From the NCBI GenBank assembly GCA_009914755.4, contig CP086569.2:12160001-12224000 (forward strand): 64,000 nucleotides of DNA, written 5' to 3'. The DNA comes from the human T2T-CHM13v2.0 reference genome, Homo sapiens. The position numbers were made by a program, and so were the translations under genes. The notes under the pieces are model-generated. The model saw nothing but the letters and a program-made list of their open reading frames with translations, was not told where the DNA came from and did no database searches. Every line of letters begins with the position of its first letter. Within the stretch, counting starts at the first letter, position 1. This document shows, one piece after another, positions 12,365-26,900 of the stretch.

Positions 12365-15300
12365 GAATGGAGTCTCAGGAATGGACAGGAATGTAATGGA
12401 CTCCAATGGAATGGAATGGATCAAGATGGATTTGAACAGATTGGAATCGAACGGAATGGAATGCAATGGAATGGAATGGACTCGAATGGAGAAGAGACAA
12501 ATGGAATGGAAACGAATTCAATGGAATTGAAAAGAATAGAATGGAATGGCCTGTAATGGTAAGATACTAAATGGAATGGAATTGAATGGAATGTAGTGGA
12601 ATGGACGCAAATGTAATGCACTCGAATGGAATATACTCAAATAGAATGGAATCGAAAGGAAAGGTCTCAAATGGAATTTATTCAATACAATGGAATCGAA
12701 TGGAATGCAATAGAATGGAAAGGAATCGAATGTAATGGAATCAAATAGAATGGACCAGAATGGAATGGACTGCCATAGAACGGACTGCAGTGTAAAGGAT
12801 TGAATTCAAATTCATTCAAATGGAATGGAATTGAATGGAATGGAATCCAATGGAATGGATAGGATTGTACTGGAATGGAATAGCATGGAATGCAACGGAG
12901 TGGAATGGAGTTGAATGAAGTAGAATGGAATCGATTGGAATGGAATCAAATGGAATGGACGGGAATGGAATGGACTGGAAGAGAACAGACTCGAATATAA
13001 TGGATTGTAATGTAATTGATTCAGATGGAATGGAATCGAATGGAATGTAATAAAATTGAAGGGATTGGAGTCCAATGCAATGAAATAGAATGGAATGCAA
13101 AGGAAAGGAAAGGCACGGAGTGAAATCGAGTGTAATGGAATCGAATGGAATGAAATCGAATGGAATGGACTCAAAAGAAATGGACGAGGGACAAAACGGA
13201 ATCGAACTGATTGGAATCGAATGGAACGGAATGGAATGGAATGGTCTCCATTGGATGGGAGTAGAACGGATTGGAATGAAATGGAATGGAAAGGAATAGA
13301 ATGGAATGGAAAGGAATGGAAGATAATGGAAAGATATCGAACGGATTGGAAAGGAATGGAATGGACGCTAATGGAATGGAGTGGAATTCAACAGAAACGA
13401 ATGGAATGGACTGGAGTGAAATGGAGTCGAATGTAATTGACTGGAGAGGAATGGGCTCGAAAGGAATGGACTCGAATAGAATGGACTGGAATGGATTGTA
13501 CTCTAATGGAGTGGAAAGGAATAAAATGGATTCCACCAGATTGGAATGGAACAGAATGTAATGGAATGGAATGGAATGGAATGGAATGGCACGAATGGAA
13601 TGGAGTCGAATGCAATGGAAGAGAAAGGAAAGGAATTGGATGGAATTGAAAGTAATAGAATTAAATAGAGCGCAAAGGAAAGATATCGAATGGAATGGAT
13701 CGAAAAGAAATAGAATGGAATGGACAGGAATGGAATGGAATAGAATGGAATAGACTGGCGTGAAATGAAAACGAATGGAATGGAAACGAATGGAATGGAA
13801 TGGAAAGGAATGGAGTAGAATAAATACTATGGAATGGAATGGAATGGAATGGAGGCGAAAGGAAAAGAATGGATTGGAATGTCACCGTATGGAAAGATAT
13901 GGACTGGAAAGGAATGGATACGAATGGAATGGAATAGAAAGGAACGGAAAGGTAAAGAATGGAATGGAATCGGATAGAATGGAATGCAATGTAATGGAGT
14001 CGAATGGAAAATAATCGAGTAGAATGATATCGAATGGAATGGAATGGAATGGAATGGACTCGAATGGAATGTACTCAGATGGATTAGAATAGAATGGAAT
14101 GGAACTAAACGTAATGAACTCGAATGGAATGGACACAAATAGAATGGAAGAGAAAGGAATGGTATTGAATGGAATTTATTCGAATAGAATGGAATTCAAT
14201 GGAATGCAACAGTGTGGCATGGAATCAAATGGAATGGAATCGAATGGAAAGGACCCGAGTGGAATGGACTCACATAGAACAGCCTCGAATGTAATGGATG
14301 ACAATGTATTAGATTCGAAAGGACTGAAATCGAATGGAATGTAATCAAATAGAACGGAATTGAATGCATGGAATGGCATAGAAAGTAATGCAATGGAATG
14401 GAATAGACGGCAATGGAATGGAATCGGATGGAGTGTAATGAAATGTAATGGAAGGAATGCCATGGAATGGAATGGAATGGAATGCAATGGGACGGTGTAT
14501 AATGGAGTGCCATGGATTTCAGTGGAATGCAGTCAAAAGGAATGAAATAGAATGGAATTCAATATAATGGAATGGCATCCAATGGCAAGGAATGGAGCAG
14601 ACTCCAGTGGAAACGACAAGAAAGGAATATAATATAATGGAATGGCATTGAACGAAATGGAATGCAATGGAGTTAAAAGGTAAAATATCGAAAGGAAAAG
14701 AATTGAATGGACTCGAATGGAATATAATGGAATGGAATGGATTCGAATGGAATGTACTAGAGTTGTATGGAATCGAATGGAATGGAAAACAATGGAAAGG
14801 AAAGGAAGGGAATTGAAAGGAAAGGAATAGAATAGAATGGAATCGGATGGAACAGAATTAAATGGAATGGAAATTAAAGGAATAGAATAGAAAGGAATGG
14901 CATTGAATGGAATGGAAATGAATGGAATCAGATGGAACAGAAAGGAATGGAATAGAATCGAATGGAATGGCAACGAATGGATTGGAATGGAATGTAATGG
15001 AATGGAATGGAAAGGAATGGAATGGACTCAAATGGAATGTACTCAAATGGAATAGAATAGAATGGAATGGAAGTAAATATAATGGACTCGAGTGGAATGG
15101 ATTGGAATAAATTGGAATTGAATGTATTGGATTCGAATGGAAAGGAATGGAATGGAATGGAATGGAATGGAATGGATTCGAGTGGAATGGAACGAATTGG
15201 AATGTAATTGAATGGAGTCGAAAACAGTAGAAAGAAATAAAGTATAATCGAATGATATCGAATGGAATTGAATGGAATGTACGCAAATGGAATTGACTGG

Positions 15301-17872
15301 AATGGAATGGAATGACATGTAATGGAATCGAAAGGAATGGAATCGAATGAAATGGAATTGAATGGAATAGAAAGGAATAGAATGGAATGGAGTTTAATGG
15401 AAAGATATTAAAAGTAATGGAATGGAATTGAGTGGACACAAATGGAATGGACTGGAATGGAAAGGACTCGAATGAAATGGAGCGCATTAGAATGGACTCG
15501 AATGGAACGGATTGGTGTGGAATTGTCTCGAATGGATTGGAAACGAATGGAATGGAAAAGAATAGAATGGAATGTAATCAAATGGAACGAAATGGAATGG
15601 AATGGATTCGACTGAAACAGAATTAACTGGAGTGGAATTGAATGGAATGGAATGCAATCGAATGGAATGGACACGAATGGAATAGAATGAAATGAAATGG
15701 CATAGAATGGAATGGAATGGAATGGAATGGAATGGAATGGAATGGAATGGAATGGAATGGAATGCATTGGAATGGAATGGAATGGCATGGCATGGAATGG
15801 AATGGCATGGAATGAAATGGATTGGAATGGAATGGGTCCAAAAGTAATGGACTCAAATAAAAGGGACTGAAATAGAATGAATTGTAAAGAAACGGTCTCG
15901 AATGTAATTTATTCGAATAGAATGATATTGAATGGAATGCGATAGTGTAGAATGGTATCGAATAGAATGGAATGGAATGGAACGGAATGGAGTGCATTTG
16001 AACGGACTCAAATGCAATAAATTGCAATATAATTGATTCAAATGGAATGAAATCGAATAGAATGTAAACAAATGGAATGGAAGGCAATGCAATGGAAAGG
16101 AATCGAATGAAATGGAATAAATGGGATGGAATCGAATGGAAAGGACGCGAATATAATGGACTGTTAAGGAAAGGTCTCGAATCGAATTTATTCCAATAGA
16201 ATGGAATCGAATGGAATGCAATACTATTGAATCGAATCGAATGGAATGGAATTGAATGGAATGGACAGGAATGGAATGAACTGGAAGTGAATGGACAAGA
16301 ACGTAATATATTGCAATGTAATTTATTCAAATGGAATGGAAAGCAATCGAATGGAATGGACGCGATTGCAATGGACTGGAGTGGAATGGACTGAAATGGA
16401 ATGGAAACGAATGCAATGGAATGGAAAGGAAAGCAAAGGAATCTACCCGAATGGAATCGAACGGAACAGAAAGGAATGGAATAGAATGGAGTGGAATGGA
16501 CTCGAATGGAATGTATTTGAATGTAATGGACCTGAAAGGAATGTAATCCAATGGAATGGAATTGAATGGAATCAAAAGGAATAGAAAGGAATAGAGTGTA
16601 ATTGAATGATATCGAATGGAAGGGAATGGAATGAAGTCGAATGGAATGCACTGGAATGGAATGGACTCGATCAGAACGGACTGGAGAGGAATGTACACAA
16701 ATGGAATGGAAACGAATGGAATGGAATGAAATGGAATTGAAAGGAACGGAATCAAATGGAATGGAATGGAATGGAATGGATTGGAATAGAATGGATTCAA
16801 ATAAAATAGAATCGATTGGAATGGTATTGAAAGGAAGGGACTTGAATGGAATGGAAAGCAATGGAAGATATTGGAATCTAATGGCATCGAATGAAATGGA
16901 ATGGAACGGAATGGAACGAACCCGAATGGAATAGAATGGACTCAAATGTAATGGACTCGAATGGAATCGACTGAAATATAATAGACTCGAAAGGAATGGC
17001 CTCGAGCGGAATTTATTTGAATAGAATGGAATCAAATGGAAAACAATAGTCTGGAATGGAATGGAATCGAATGGAATGTAATCAAATGGAATGGAACGGA
17101 ATTCAATATAATGGAGTAGAATGGAATGCATTGGAAAGGAGCAGAGTGGAATCGAGTGGATTGGAATCGAGTGGAATGGAATCAAAGGGAACGAAATGGA
17201 ATTGAATGGACTTGAATGGAATTGAGTGGAAAGGAATTGACTCGAAAGGAATGGACTGGAACAAAAAGGAATCAAATGGACAGGAATGGAATGGAATGGA
17301 CTCGAATGGAGTGGAGTCAAATGCAAACGCATCGAATGGAATGGATTCAAATGGAATGCAATTCAATGGAATAGAAAGGAAGAGAATGGAATTGAGAGTA
17401 ATGGAAAGATATCGATTGGAATGAAATGGAATGGAAAGGGATTGCATGGAAAGGAATGGACTCGAAAGAAATGGATTGGAATGGAATGGTCTCCAATGGA
17501 ATGGACTGGAGTGGAATGGAATCGAATGGAATGAAAAGAATGGAACGGAATGGAACGGAAAGGAATAGAATGTTATGGAATCCGATTGGACAGAATGGAA
17601 TGGAATGGAGTTTCATGAAATGGAGTCGAATAAAGTGGCATCAAAAGAAATGGAATGGAATGGAGTGGACTCAAAAGGAATGGACTCGAAAGGAATGGAG
17701 TCGAACAGAATGGAATGGAATGGAATGAACTCGACTGGAGTAGAGAGGAATGTAAAGGAATAGAACGGAATGTAATCAAATGGACTGCAAGTGAATGGAA
17801 TCAAAAATAATAGAAAGGAATAGAGTGTAAAGGGATGATATGGAATAAAATGGAATGGAATGGAATTTAATG
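12365..17872. repeat. HSat3 HOR copy H2 (5508 bp, early-type b).
   Basis: Anchor at 12365 and 17873. It shares the 'gggtcc' variant (loss of GGGCCC) and the 'CGIV' peptide variant with H3. Confidence 0.85.
15706..15771. repeat. Pure (AATGG)n tract of about 13 units (in H2). The homologous tract is 5-11 units long in other HOR copies.
   Basis: An uninterrupted aatggaatgg... run. Homologous tracts lie at about 10217-10263 (H1), 21226-21263 (H3), 27266-27310 (H4), 43846-43870 (H7), 54976-55027 (H9) and 60556-60610 (H10). Confidence 0.8.
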
Positions 17873-20800
17873 GAATGGAGTCTCAGGAATGGACAGGAAT
17901 GTAATGGACTCCAATGGAATGGAATGGATCAAAATGGATTTGAACAGATTGGAATCGAACGCAATGGAATGCAATGGAATGGAATGGACTCGAATGGAGA
18001 AGAGACAAATGGAATGGAAACGAATTCAATGGAATTGAAAAGAATAGAATGGAATGGCGAGTAATGGTAAGATACTAAATGGAATGGAATTGAATGGAAT
18101 GTAGTGAAATGGACGCAAATGTAATGCACTCGAAAGGAATATACTCAAATAGAATGGAATCGAAAGGAAAGGTCTCAAATGGAATTTATTCAATACAATG
18201 GAATCGAATGGAATGCAATAGAATGGAAAGGAATCGAATGTAATGGAATCAAATAGAATGGACCAGAATGGAATGGACTGCCATAGAACGGACTGCAGTG
18301 TAAAGGATTGAATTCTAATTCATTCAAATGGAATGGAATTGAATGGAATGGAATCCAATGGAATGGATAGGATTGTACTGGAATGGAATAGCGTGGAATG
18401 CAACGGAGTGGAAAGGAGTTGAATGAAGTGGAATGGAATCGATTGGAATGGAATCAAATGGAATGGACGGGAATGGAATGGACTGGAAGAGAACAGACTC
18501 GAATATAATGGATTGCAATGTAATTGATTCAAATGGAATGGAATCGATTGGAATGTAATAAAATTGAAGGGATTGGAGTTCAATGCAATGAAATAGAATG
18601 GAATGCAAAGGAAACGAAAGGCACGGAGTGAAATCGAGTGTAATGGAATCGAATGGAATGAAATCGAATGGAATGGACTCAAAAGAAATGGACGAGGGAC
18701 AAAACGGAATCAAACTGATTGGAATCGAATGGAACGGAATGGAATGTAATGGTCTCCATTGGATGGGAGTAGAACGGATTGGAATGAAATGGAATGGAAA
18801 GGAATAGAATGGAATGGAAAGGAATGGAAGGTAATGGAAAGATATTGAACGGATTGGAAAGGAATGGAATGGACGCTAATGGAATGGAGTGGAATTCAAC
18901 AGAAACGAATGGAATGGACTGGAGTGAAATGGAGTCGAATGTAATTGACTGGAGAGGAAGGGGCTCGAAAGGAATGGACTCGAATAGAATGGACTGCAAT
19001 GGATTGTACTCGAATGGAGTGGAAAGGAATAAAATGGATTCCACGAGATTTGAATGGAACAGACTGAAATGGAATGGAATGGAATGCAATGGAATGGCTC
19101 GAATGGAATGGAGTCGAATGCAATGGAAGAGAAAGGAAAGGAATTGGACAGAATTGAAAGTAATAGAATTAAATGGAGTGCAAAGGAAAGATATCGAATG
19201 GAATGGATCGAAAAGAAGGAGAATGGAATGCACAGGAATGGAATGTAATAGAATGGAATAGACTGGCGTGCAATGAAAACGAATGGAAGGGAAACGAATG
19301 GAATGGAATGGAAAGGAATGGAGTAGAATAAATACTATGGAATGGAATGGAATGGAATGGAATGGAATGGAGGCAAAAGGAAAAGAATGGATTAGAATGT
19401 CACCGAATGGAAAGATATGGAATGGAAAGGAATGGATACGAATGGAATGGAATAGAAAGGAACGGAAAGGTAAAGAATGGAATGGAATAGGATAGAATGG
19501 AATGCTATGTAATGGAGTCGAATGGAAAATAATCGAGTAGAATGATATCGAATGGAATGGAATGGAATGGAATGGACTCGAATGGAATGTACTCAAATGG
19601 ATTAGAATAGAATGGAATGGAACTAAACGTAATTAACTCGAATGGAATGGGCACAAATAGAATGGAAGAGAAAGGAATGGTATTGAATGGAATTTATCCG
19701 AATAGAATGGAATTCAATGGAATGCAACAGTGTGGCATGGAATCAAATGGAATGGAATCGAATGGAATGGACCCGAGTGGAATGGACTCACATAGAACAG
19801 CCTCGAATGTAATGGATTACAATATATTAGATTCGAAAGGACTGAAATCGAATGGAATGTAAAAAAATAGAACGGAATTGAATGCATGGAATGGCATAGA
19901 AAGTAATGCAATGGAATGGAATAGACTGGAATGGAATGGAATCGGATGGAATGTAATGAAATGTAATGGAAGGAATGCCATGGAATAGAATGGAATGGAA
20001 TGCAATGGGACGGTGTATAATGGAGTGCCATGGATTTCAGAGGAATGCAGTCAAAAGGAATGAAATAGAATGGAATTCAATAAAATGGAATGGCATCCAA
20101 TGGCAAGGAATGGAGCGGACTCCAGTGGAAACGACATGAAAGGAATATAATATAATGGAATGGCATTGAACGAAATGGAAAGCAATGGAGTTAAAAGGTA
20201 AAATATCGAATGGAATAGAATTGAATGGACTCGAATGGAATATAATGGAATGGAATGGATTCGAATGGAATGTACTAGAGTTGTATGGATTCGAATGGAA
20301 TGGAAAACAATGGAAAGAAAGGAAGGGAATTGAAAGGAAAGGAATAGAATGGAATGGAATCGGATGGAACAGAATTGAATGGAATGGAAATTAAAGGAAT
20401 AGAATAGAAAGGAATGGCATTGAATGGAATGGAAATGAATGGAATCAGATGGAACAGAAAGGAATGGAATAGAATCGAATGGAATGGCAACGAACGGATT
20501 GGAATGGAATGTAATGGAATGGAATGGAAAGGAATGGAATGGACTCAAATGGAATGTACTCAAATGGAATAGAATAGAATGGAATGGAAGTAAATATAAT
20601 GGACTCGAGTGGAATGGATTGGAATAAATTGGAATTGAATGTATTGGATTCGAATGGAAAGGAATGGAATGGAATGGAATGGAATGGAATGGATTCGAAT
20701 GGAATGGAACGAATTGGAATGTAATTGAATGGAGTCGAAAACAGTAGAAAGAAATAAAGTATAATCGAATGATATCGAATGGAATTGAATGGAATGTACG

Positions 20801-23800
20801 CGAATGGAATGGACTGGAATGGAATGGAATGACATGTAATGGAATCGAAAGGAATGGAATCGAATGAAATGGAATTGAATGGAATAGAAAGGAATAGAAT
20901 GGAATGGAGTTTAATGGAAAGATATTAAAAGTAATGGACTGGAATTGAGTGGACACAAATGGAATGGACTGGAATGGAAAGGACTCGAATGAAATGGAGC
21001 GCATTAGAATGGACTCGAATGGAACGGATTGGTGTGGAATTGTCTCGAATGGATTGGAAACGAATGGAATGGAAAAGAATAGAATGGAATGTAATCAAAT
21101 GGAACGAAATGGAATGGAATGGATTCGACTGAAACAGAATTAACTGGAGTGGAATTGAATGGAATGGAATGCAATCGAATGGAATGGACACGAATGGAAT
21201 AGAATGAAATGAAATGGCATAGAATGGAATGGAATGGAATGGAATGGAATGGAATGGAATGGATTGGAATGGAATGGAATGGCATGGCATGGAATGGAAT
21301 GGCATGCAATGAAATGGATTGGAATGGAATGGGTCCAAAAGTAATGGACTCAAATAAAAGGGACTGAAATAGAATGAATTGTAAAGAAACGGTCTCGAAT
21401 GTAATTTATTCGAATAGAATGATATTGAATGGAATGCGATAGTATAGAATGGTATCGAATAGAATGGAATGGAATGGAACGGAATGGAGTGCATTTGAAC
21501 GGACTCAAATGCAATAAATTGCAATATAATTGATTCAAATGGAATGAAATCGAATAGAATGTAAACAAATGGAATGGAAGGCAATGCAATGGAAAGGAAT
21601 CGAATGAAATGGAATAAATGGGATGGAATCGAATGGAAAGGACGCGAATATAATGGACTGTTAAGGAAAGGTCTCGAATCGAATTTATTCCAATAGAATG
21701 GAATCGAATGGAATGCAATACTATTGAATCGAATCGAATGGAATGGAATTGAATGGAATGGACAGGAATGGAATGAACTGGAAGTGAATGGAGAAGAACG
21801 TAATATATTGCAATGTAATTTATTCAAATGGAATGGAAAGCAATCGAATGGAATGGACGCGATTGCAATGGATTGGAGTGGAATGGACTGAAATGGAATG
21901 GAAACGAATGTAATGGAATGGAAAGGAAAGCAAAGGAATCTACCGGAATGGAATCGAACGGAAGAGAAAGGAATGGAATAGAATGGAGTGGAATGGACTC
22001 GAATGGAATGTATTCGAATGTAATGGACCTGAAAGGAATGTAATAAAATGGAATGGAATTGAATGGAATCAAAAGGAATAGAAAGGAATAGAGTGTAATT
22101 GAATGATATCGAATGGAAGGGAATGGAATGAAGTCGAATGGAATGCACTGGAATGGAATGGACTCGATCAGAACGGACTGGAGAGGAATGTACAGAAATG
22201 GAATGGAAACGAATGGAATGAAAAGAATGGAACGGAATGGAATGGAAAGGAATAGAATGTTATGGAATCCGATTGAACAGAATGGAATGGAATGCAGTTT
22301 CATGAAATGGAGTCGAATATAGTGGCATCAAAAGGAATGGAATGGAGTGGACTCAAAAGGAATGGACTCGAAAGGAATGGAGTCGAACCAAATTGAATCA
22401 AATGGATTGGAGTCGAACAGAATGGAATGGAATGGAATGAACTCGACTGGAGTAGAGAGGAATGTAAAGGAATAGAATGGAATGTAATCAAATGGATTGC
22501 AAGTGAATGGAATCAAAAATAATAGAAAGGAATGGAGTGTAAAGGGATGATATTGAATTAAATGGAATGGAATGGAATTTAATGGAATGGAGTCGAAGGA
22601 ATGGACAGGAATGTAATGGACTCCAATGGAATGGAATGGATCAAAATGGATTTGAACAGATTGGAATCGAACGGAATGGAATGCAATGAAATGGAATGGA
22701 CTCGATCAGAACGGACTGGAGAGGAATGTACACAAATGGAATGGAAACGAAAGGAATGGAATGAAATGGAATGGAATGCAATGGAATTGAAAGGAACGGA
22801 ATCAAATGGAATGGAATGGAATGGAATGGATTGGAATAGAATGGATTCAAATAAAATAGAATCGATTGGAATGGTATTGAATGGAAGGGACTTGAATGGA
22901 ATGGAAAGCAATGGAAGATATTGGAATCGAATGGCACCGAATGAAATGGAATGGAACGGAATGGAACGGACCCGAATGGAATGGAATGGACTCAAATGTA
23001 ATGGACTCGAATGGAATCGACTGAAATATAATAGACTCGAAAGGAATGGCCTCGAGCGGAATTTATTTGAATAGAATGGAATCAAATGGAATACAATAGT
23101 ATTGAATGGAATGGAATGGAATGGAATCGAATGGAATGTAATCAAATGGAATGGAACGGAATTCAATATAATGGAGTAGAATGGAATGCATTGGAAAGGA
23201 GCAGAGTGGAATCGAGTGGATTGGAATCGAGTGGAATGGAATCAAAGGGAACGAAATCGAATTGAATGGACTTGAATGGAATTGAGTCGAAAGGAATTGA
23301 CTCGAAAGGAATGGACTGGAACAAAAAGGAATCAAATGGACAGGAATGGAATGGAATGGACTCGAATGGAGTGGAGTCAAATGCAAACGCATCGAATGGA
23401 ATGGATTCAAGTGGAATGCAATTGAATGGAATAGAAAGGAAGAGAATGGAATTGAGAGTAATGGAAAGATATCGATTGGAATGAAATGGAATGGAAAGGA
23501 ATTGCATGGAAAGGAATGGACTCGAAAGAAATGGATTGGAATGGAATGGTCTACATTGGAATGGACTGGAGTGGAATGGAATCGAATGGAATGAAAAGAA
23601 TGGAACCGAATGGGACGGAAAAGAATAGAATGTTATGGAATCCGATTGGACAGAATGGAATGGAATGGAGTTTCATGAAATGGAGTCGAATAGAGTGGCA
23701 TCAAAAGGAATGGAATCGAATGGAGTGGACTCAAAAGGAATGGACTCGAAAGGAATGGAGTCGAACAGAATGGAATGGAATGGAATGAACTCGACTGGAG

Positions 23801-23932
23801 TAGAGAGGAATGTAAAGGATTAGAATGGAATGTAATCAAATGGATTGCAAGTGAATGGAATCAAAAATAATAGAAAGGAATGGAGTGTAAAGGGATGATA
23901 TTGAATAAATTGGAATGGAATGGAATTTAATG
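17873..23932. repeat. HSat3 HOR copy H3 (6060 bp, early-type b). It is enlarged by about 550 bp through an embedded A-type unit duplication.
   Basis: Anchors at 17873 and 23933. All internal anchors keep a spacing of about 5.5 kb up to roughly 22140. After that comes a deleted partial A and then a full head-plus-A unit. Confidence 0.85.
22140..23932. repeat. Embedded tandem-A-type segment inside H3. It consists of a partial A (22140-22581, with an internal deletion of about 0.9 kb) and a full head-plus-A unit (22582-23932).
   Basis: At about 22205-22225 the A body jumps from '...gtacagaaatggaatggaaacgaatggaatg' directly to 'aaaagaatggaacgg...', which is A-tail sequence. The unit-A head 'atggaatggagtcgaaggaatggacagg' follows at 22582. 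Both pieces carry the 33-bp 'aaccaaattgaatca...' allele seen in A copies 1-4. Confidence 0.75.
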
Positions 23933-26900
23933 GAATGGAGTCTCAGGAATGGACAGGAATGTAATGGACTCCAATGGAATGGAATGGATCAAAATGGATT
24001 TGAACAGATTGGAATCGAACGCAATGGAATGCAATGGAATGGAATGGACTCGAATGGAGAAGAGACAAATGGAATGGAAACGAATGCAATGGAATTGAAA
24101 AGAATAGAATGGAATGGCGTGTAATGGTAAGATACTAAATGGAATGGAATTGAATGGAATGTAGTGGAATGGACCCAAATGTAATGCACTCGAATGGAAT
24201 ATACTCAAATAGAATGGAATCGAAAGGAAAGGTCTCAAATGGAATTTATTCAATACAATGGAATCGAATGGAATGCAATAGAATGGAAAGGAATCGAATG
24301 TAATGGAATCAAATAGAATGGACCAGAATGGAATAGACTGCCATAGAACGGACTGCAGTGTAAAGGATTGAATTCAAATTCATTCAAAAGGAATGGAATT
24401 GAATGGAATGGAATCCAATGGAATGGATAGGATTGTACTGGAATGGAATAGCATGGAATGCAACGGAGTGGAATGGAGTTGAATGAAGTGGAATGGAATC
24501 GATTGGAATGGAATCAAATGGAATGGACGGGAATGGAATGGACTGGAAGAGAACAGACTCGAATATAATGGATTGCAATGTAATTGATTCAAATGGAATG
24601 GAATCGAATGGAATGTAATAAAATTGAAGGGATTGGAGTTCAATGCAATGAAATAGAATGGAATGCAAAGGAAAGGAAAGGCACGGAGTGAAATCGAGTG
24701 TAATGGAATCGAATGGAATGAAATCGAATGGAATGGACTCAAAAGAAATGGGCGAGGGACAAAACGGAATCGAACTGATTGGAATCGAATGGAACGGAAT
24801 GGAATGTAATGGTCTCCATTGGATGGGAGTAGAACGGATTGGAATGAAATGGAATGGAAAGGAATAGAATGGAATGGAAAGGAATGGAAGGTAATGGAAA
24901 GATATCGAACGGATTGGAAAGGAATGGAATGGACGCTAATGGAATGGAATGGAATTCAACAGAAACGAATGGAATGGACTGGAGTGAAATGGAGTCGAAT
25001 GTAATTGACTGGAGAGGAATGGACTCGAAAGGAATGGACTCGAATAGAATGGACTGGAAAGGATTGTACTCGAATGGAGTGGAAAGGAATAAAATGGATT
25101 CCACCAGATTGGAATGGAACAGAATGTTATGGAATGGAATGGAATGCAATGGAATGTCTCGAATGGAATGGAGTCGAATGCAATGGAAGAGAAAGGAAAG
25201 GAATTGGATGGAATTGAAAGTAATAGAATTAAATGGAGTGCAAAGGAAAGATATCGAATGGAATGGATCGAAAAGAAATAGAATGGAATGGACAGGAATG
25301 GAATGGAATAGAATGGAATAGACTGGCGTGCAATGAAAACGAATGGAATGGAAACGAATGGAATGGAATGGAAAGGAATGGAGTAGAATAAATACTATGG
25401 AATGGAATGGAATGGAATGGAATGGAGGCGAAAGGAAAAGAATGGATTGGAATGTCACCGAATAGAAAGGTATGGAATGGAAAGGAATGGATACGAATGG
25501 AATGGAATAGAAAGGAACGGAAAGGTAACAATGGAATGGAATCGGATAGAATGGAATGCAATGTAATGGAGTCGAATTGAAAATAATCGAGTAGAATGAT
25601 ATCGAATGGAATGGAATGGAATGGAATGGACTCGAATGGAATATACTCAAATGGATTAGAATAGAATGGAATGGAACTAAACGTAATGAACTCGAATGGA
25701 ATGGACACAAATAGAATGGAAGAGAAAGGAATGGTATTGAATGGAATTTATTCGAATAGAAAGGAATTCAATGGAATGCAACAGTGTGGCATGGAATCAA
25801 ATGGAATGGAATCGAATGGAATGGACCCGAGTGGAATGGACTCACATAGAACAGCCTCGAATGTAATGGATGACAATGTATTAGATTCGAAAGGACTGAA
25901 ATCGAATGGAATGTAATCAAATAGAACGGAATTGAATGCATGGAATGGCATAGAAAGTAATGCAATGGAATGGAATAGAATGGAATGGAATGGAATCGGA
26001 TGGAATGTAATGAAATGTAATGGAAGGAATGCCATGGAATGGAATGGAATGGAATGCAATGGGACGGTGTATAATGGAGTGCCATGGATTTCAGTGGAAT
26101 GTAGTCAAAAGGAATGAAATAGAATGGAATTCAATATAATGGAATGGCATCCAATGGCAAGGAATGGAGCGGACTCCAATGGAAACGACATGAAAGGAAT
26201 ATAATATAATGGAATGGCAATGAACGAAATGGAATGCAATGGGGTTAAAAGGTAAAATATCGAATGGAAAAGAATTGAATGGACTCGAATGGAATATAAT
26301 GGAATGGAATGGACTCGAATGGAATGTACTAGAGTTGAATGGAATCGAATGGAATGGAAAACAATGGAAAGGAAAGGAAGGGAATTGAAAGGAAAGGAAT
26401 AGAATGGAATGGAATCGGATGGAACAGAATTGAATGGAATGGAAACTAAAGGAATAGAATAGAAAGGAATGGCATTGAATGGAATGGAAATGAATGGAAT
26501 CAGATGGAACAGAAAGGAATGGAATGGCATGGAATGGATTGGAATGGAATGTAATGGAATGGAATGGAAAGGAATGGAATGGACTCAAATGGAATGTACT
26601 CAAATGGAATAGAATAGAATGGAATGGAAATAAATATAATGGACTCGAGTGGAATGGATTGGAATAAATTGGAATTGAATGTCTTGGATTCGAATGGAAA
26701 GGAATGGAATGGAATGGAATGGAATGGAATGGAATGGATTCGAATGGAATGGAACGAATTGGAATGTAATTGAATGGAGTCGAAAACAGTAGCAAGAAAA
26801 GAAGTTTAATCGAATGATATCGAATGGAATTGAATGGAATGTACGCGAATGGAATGGACTGGAATGGAATAGAATGACATGTAATGGAATCGAAAGGAAT

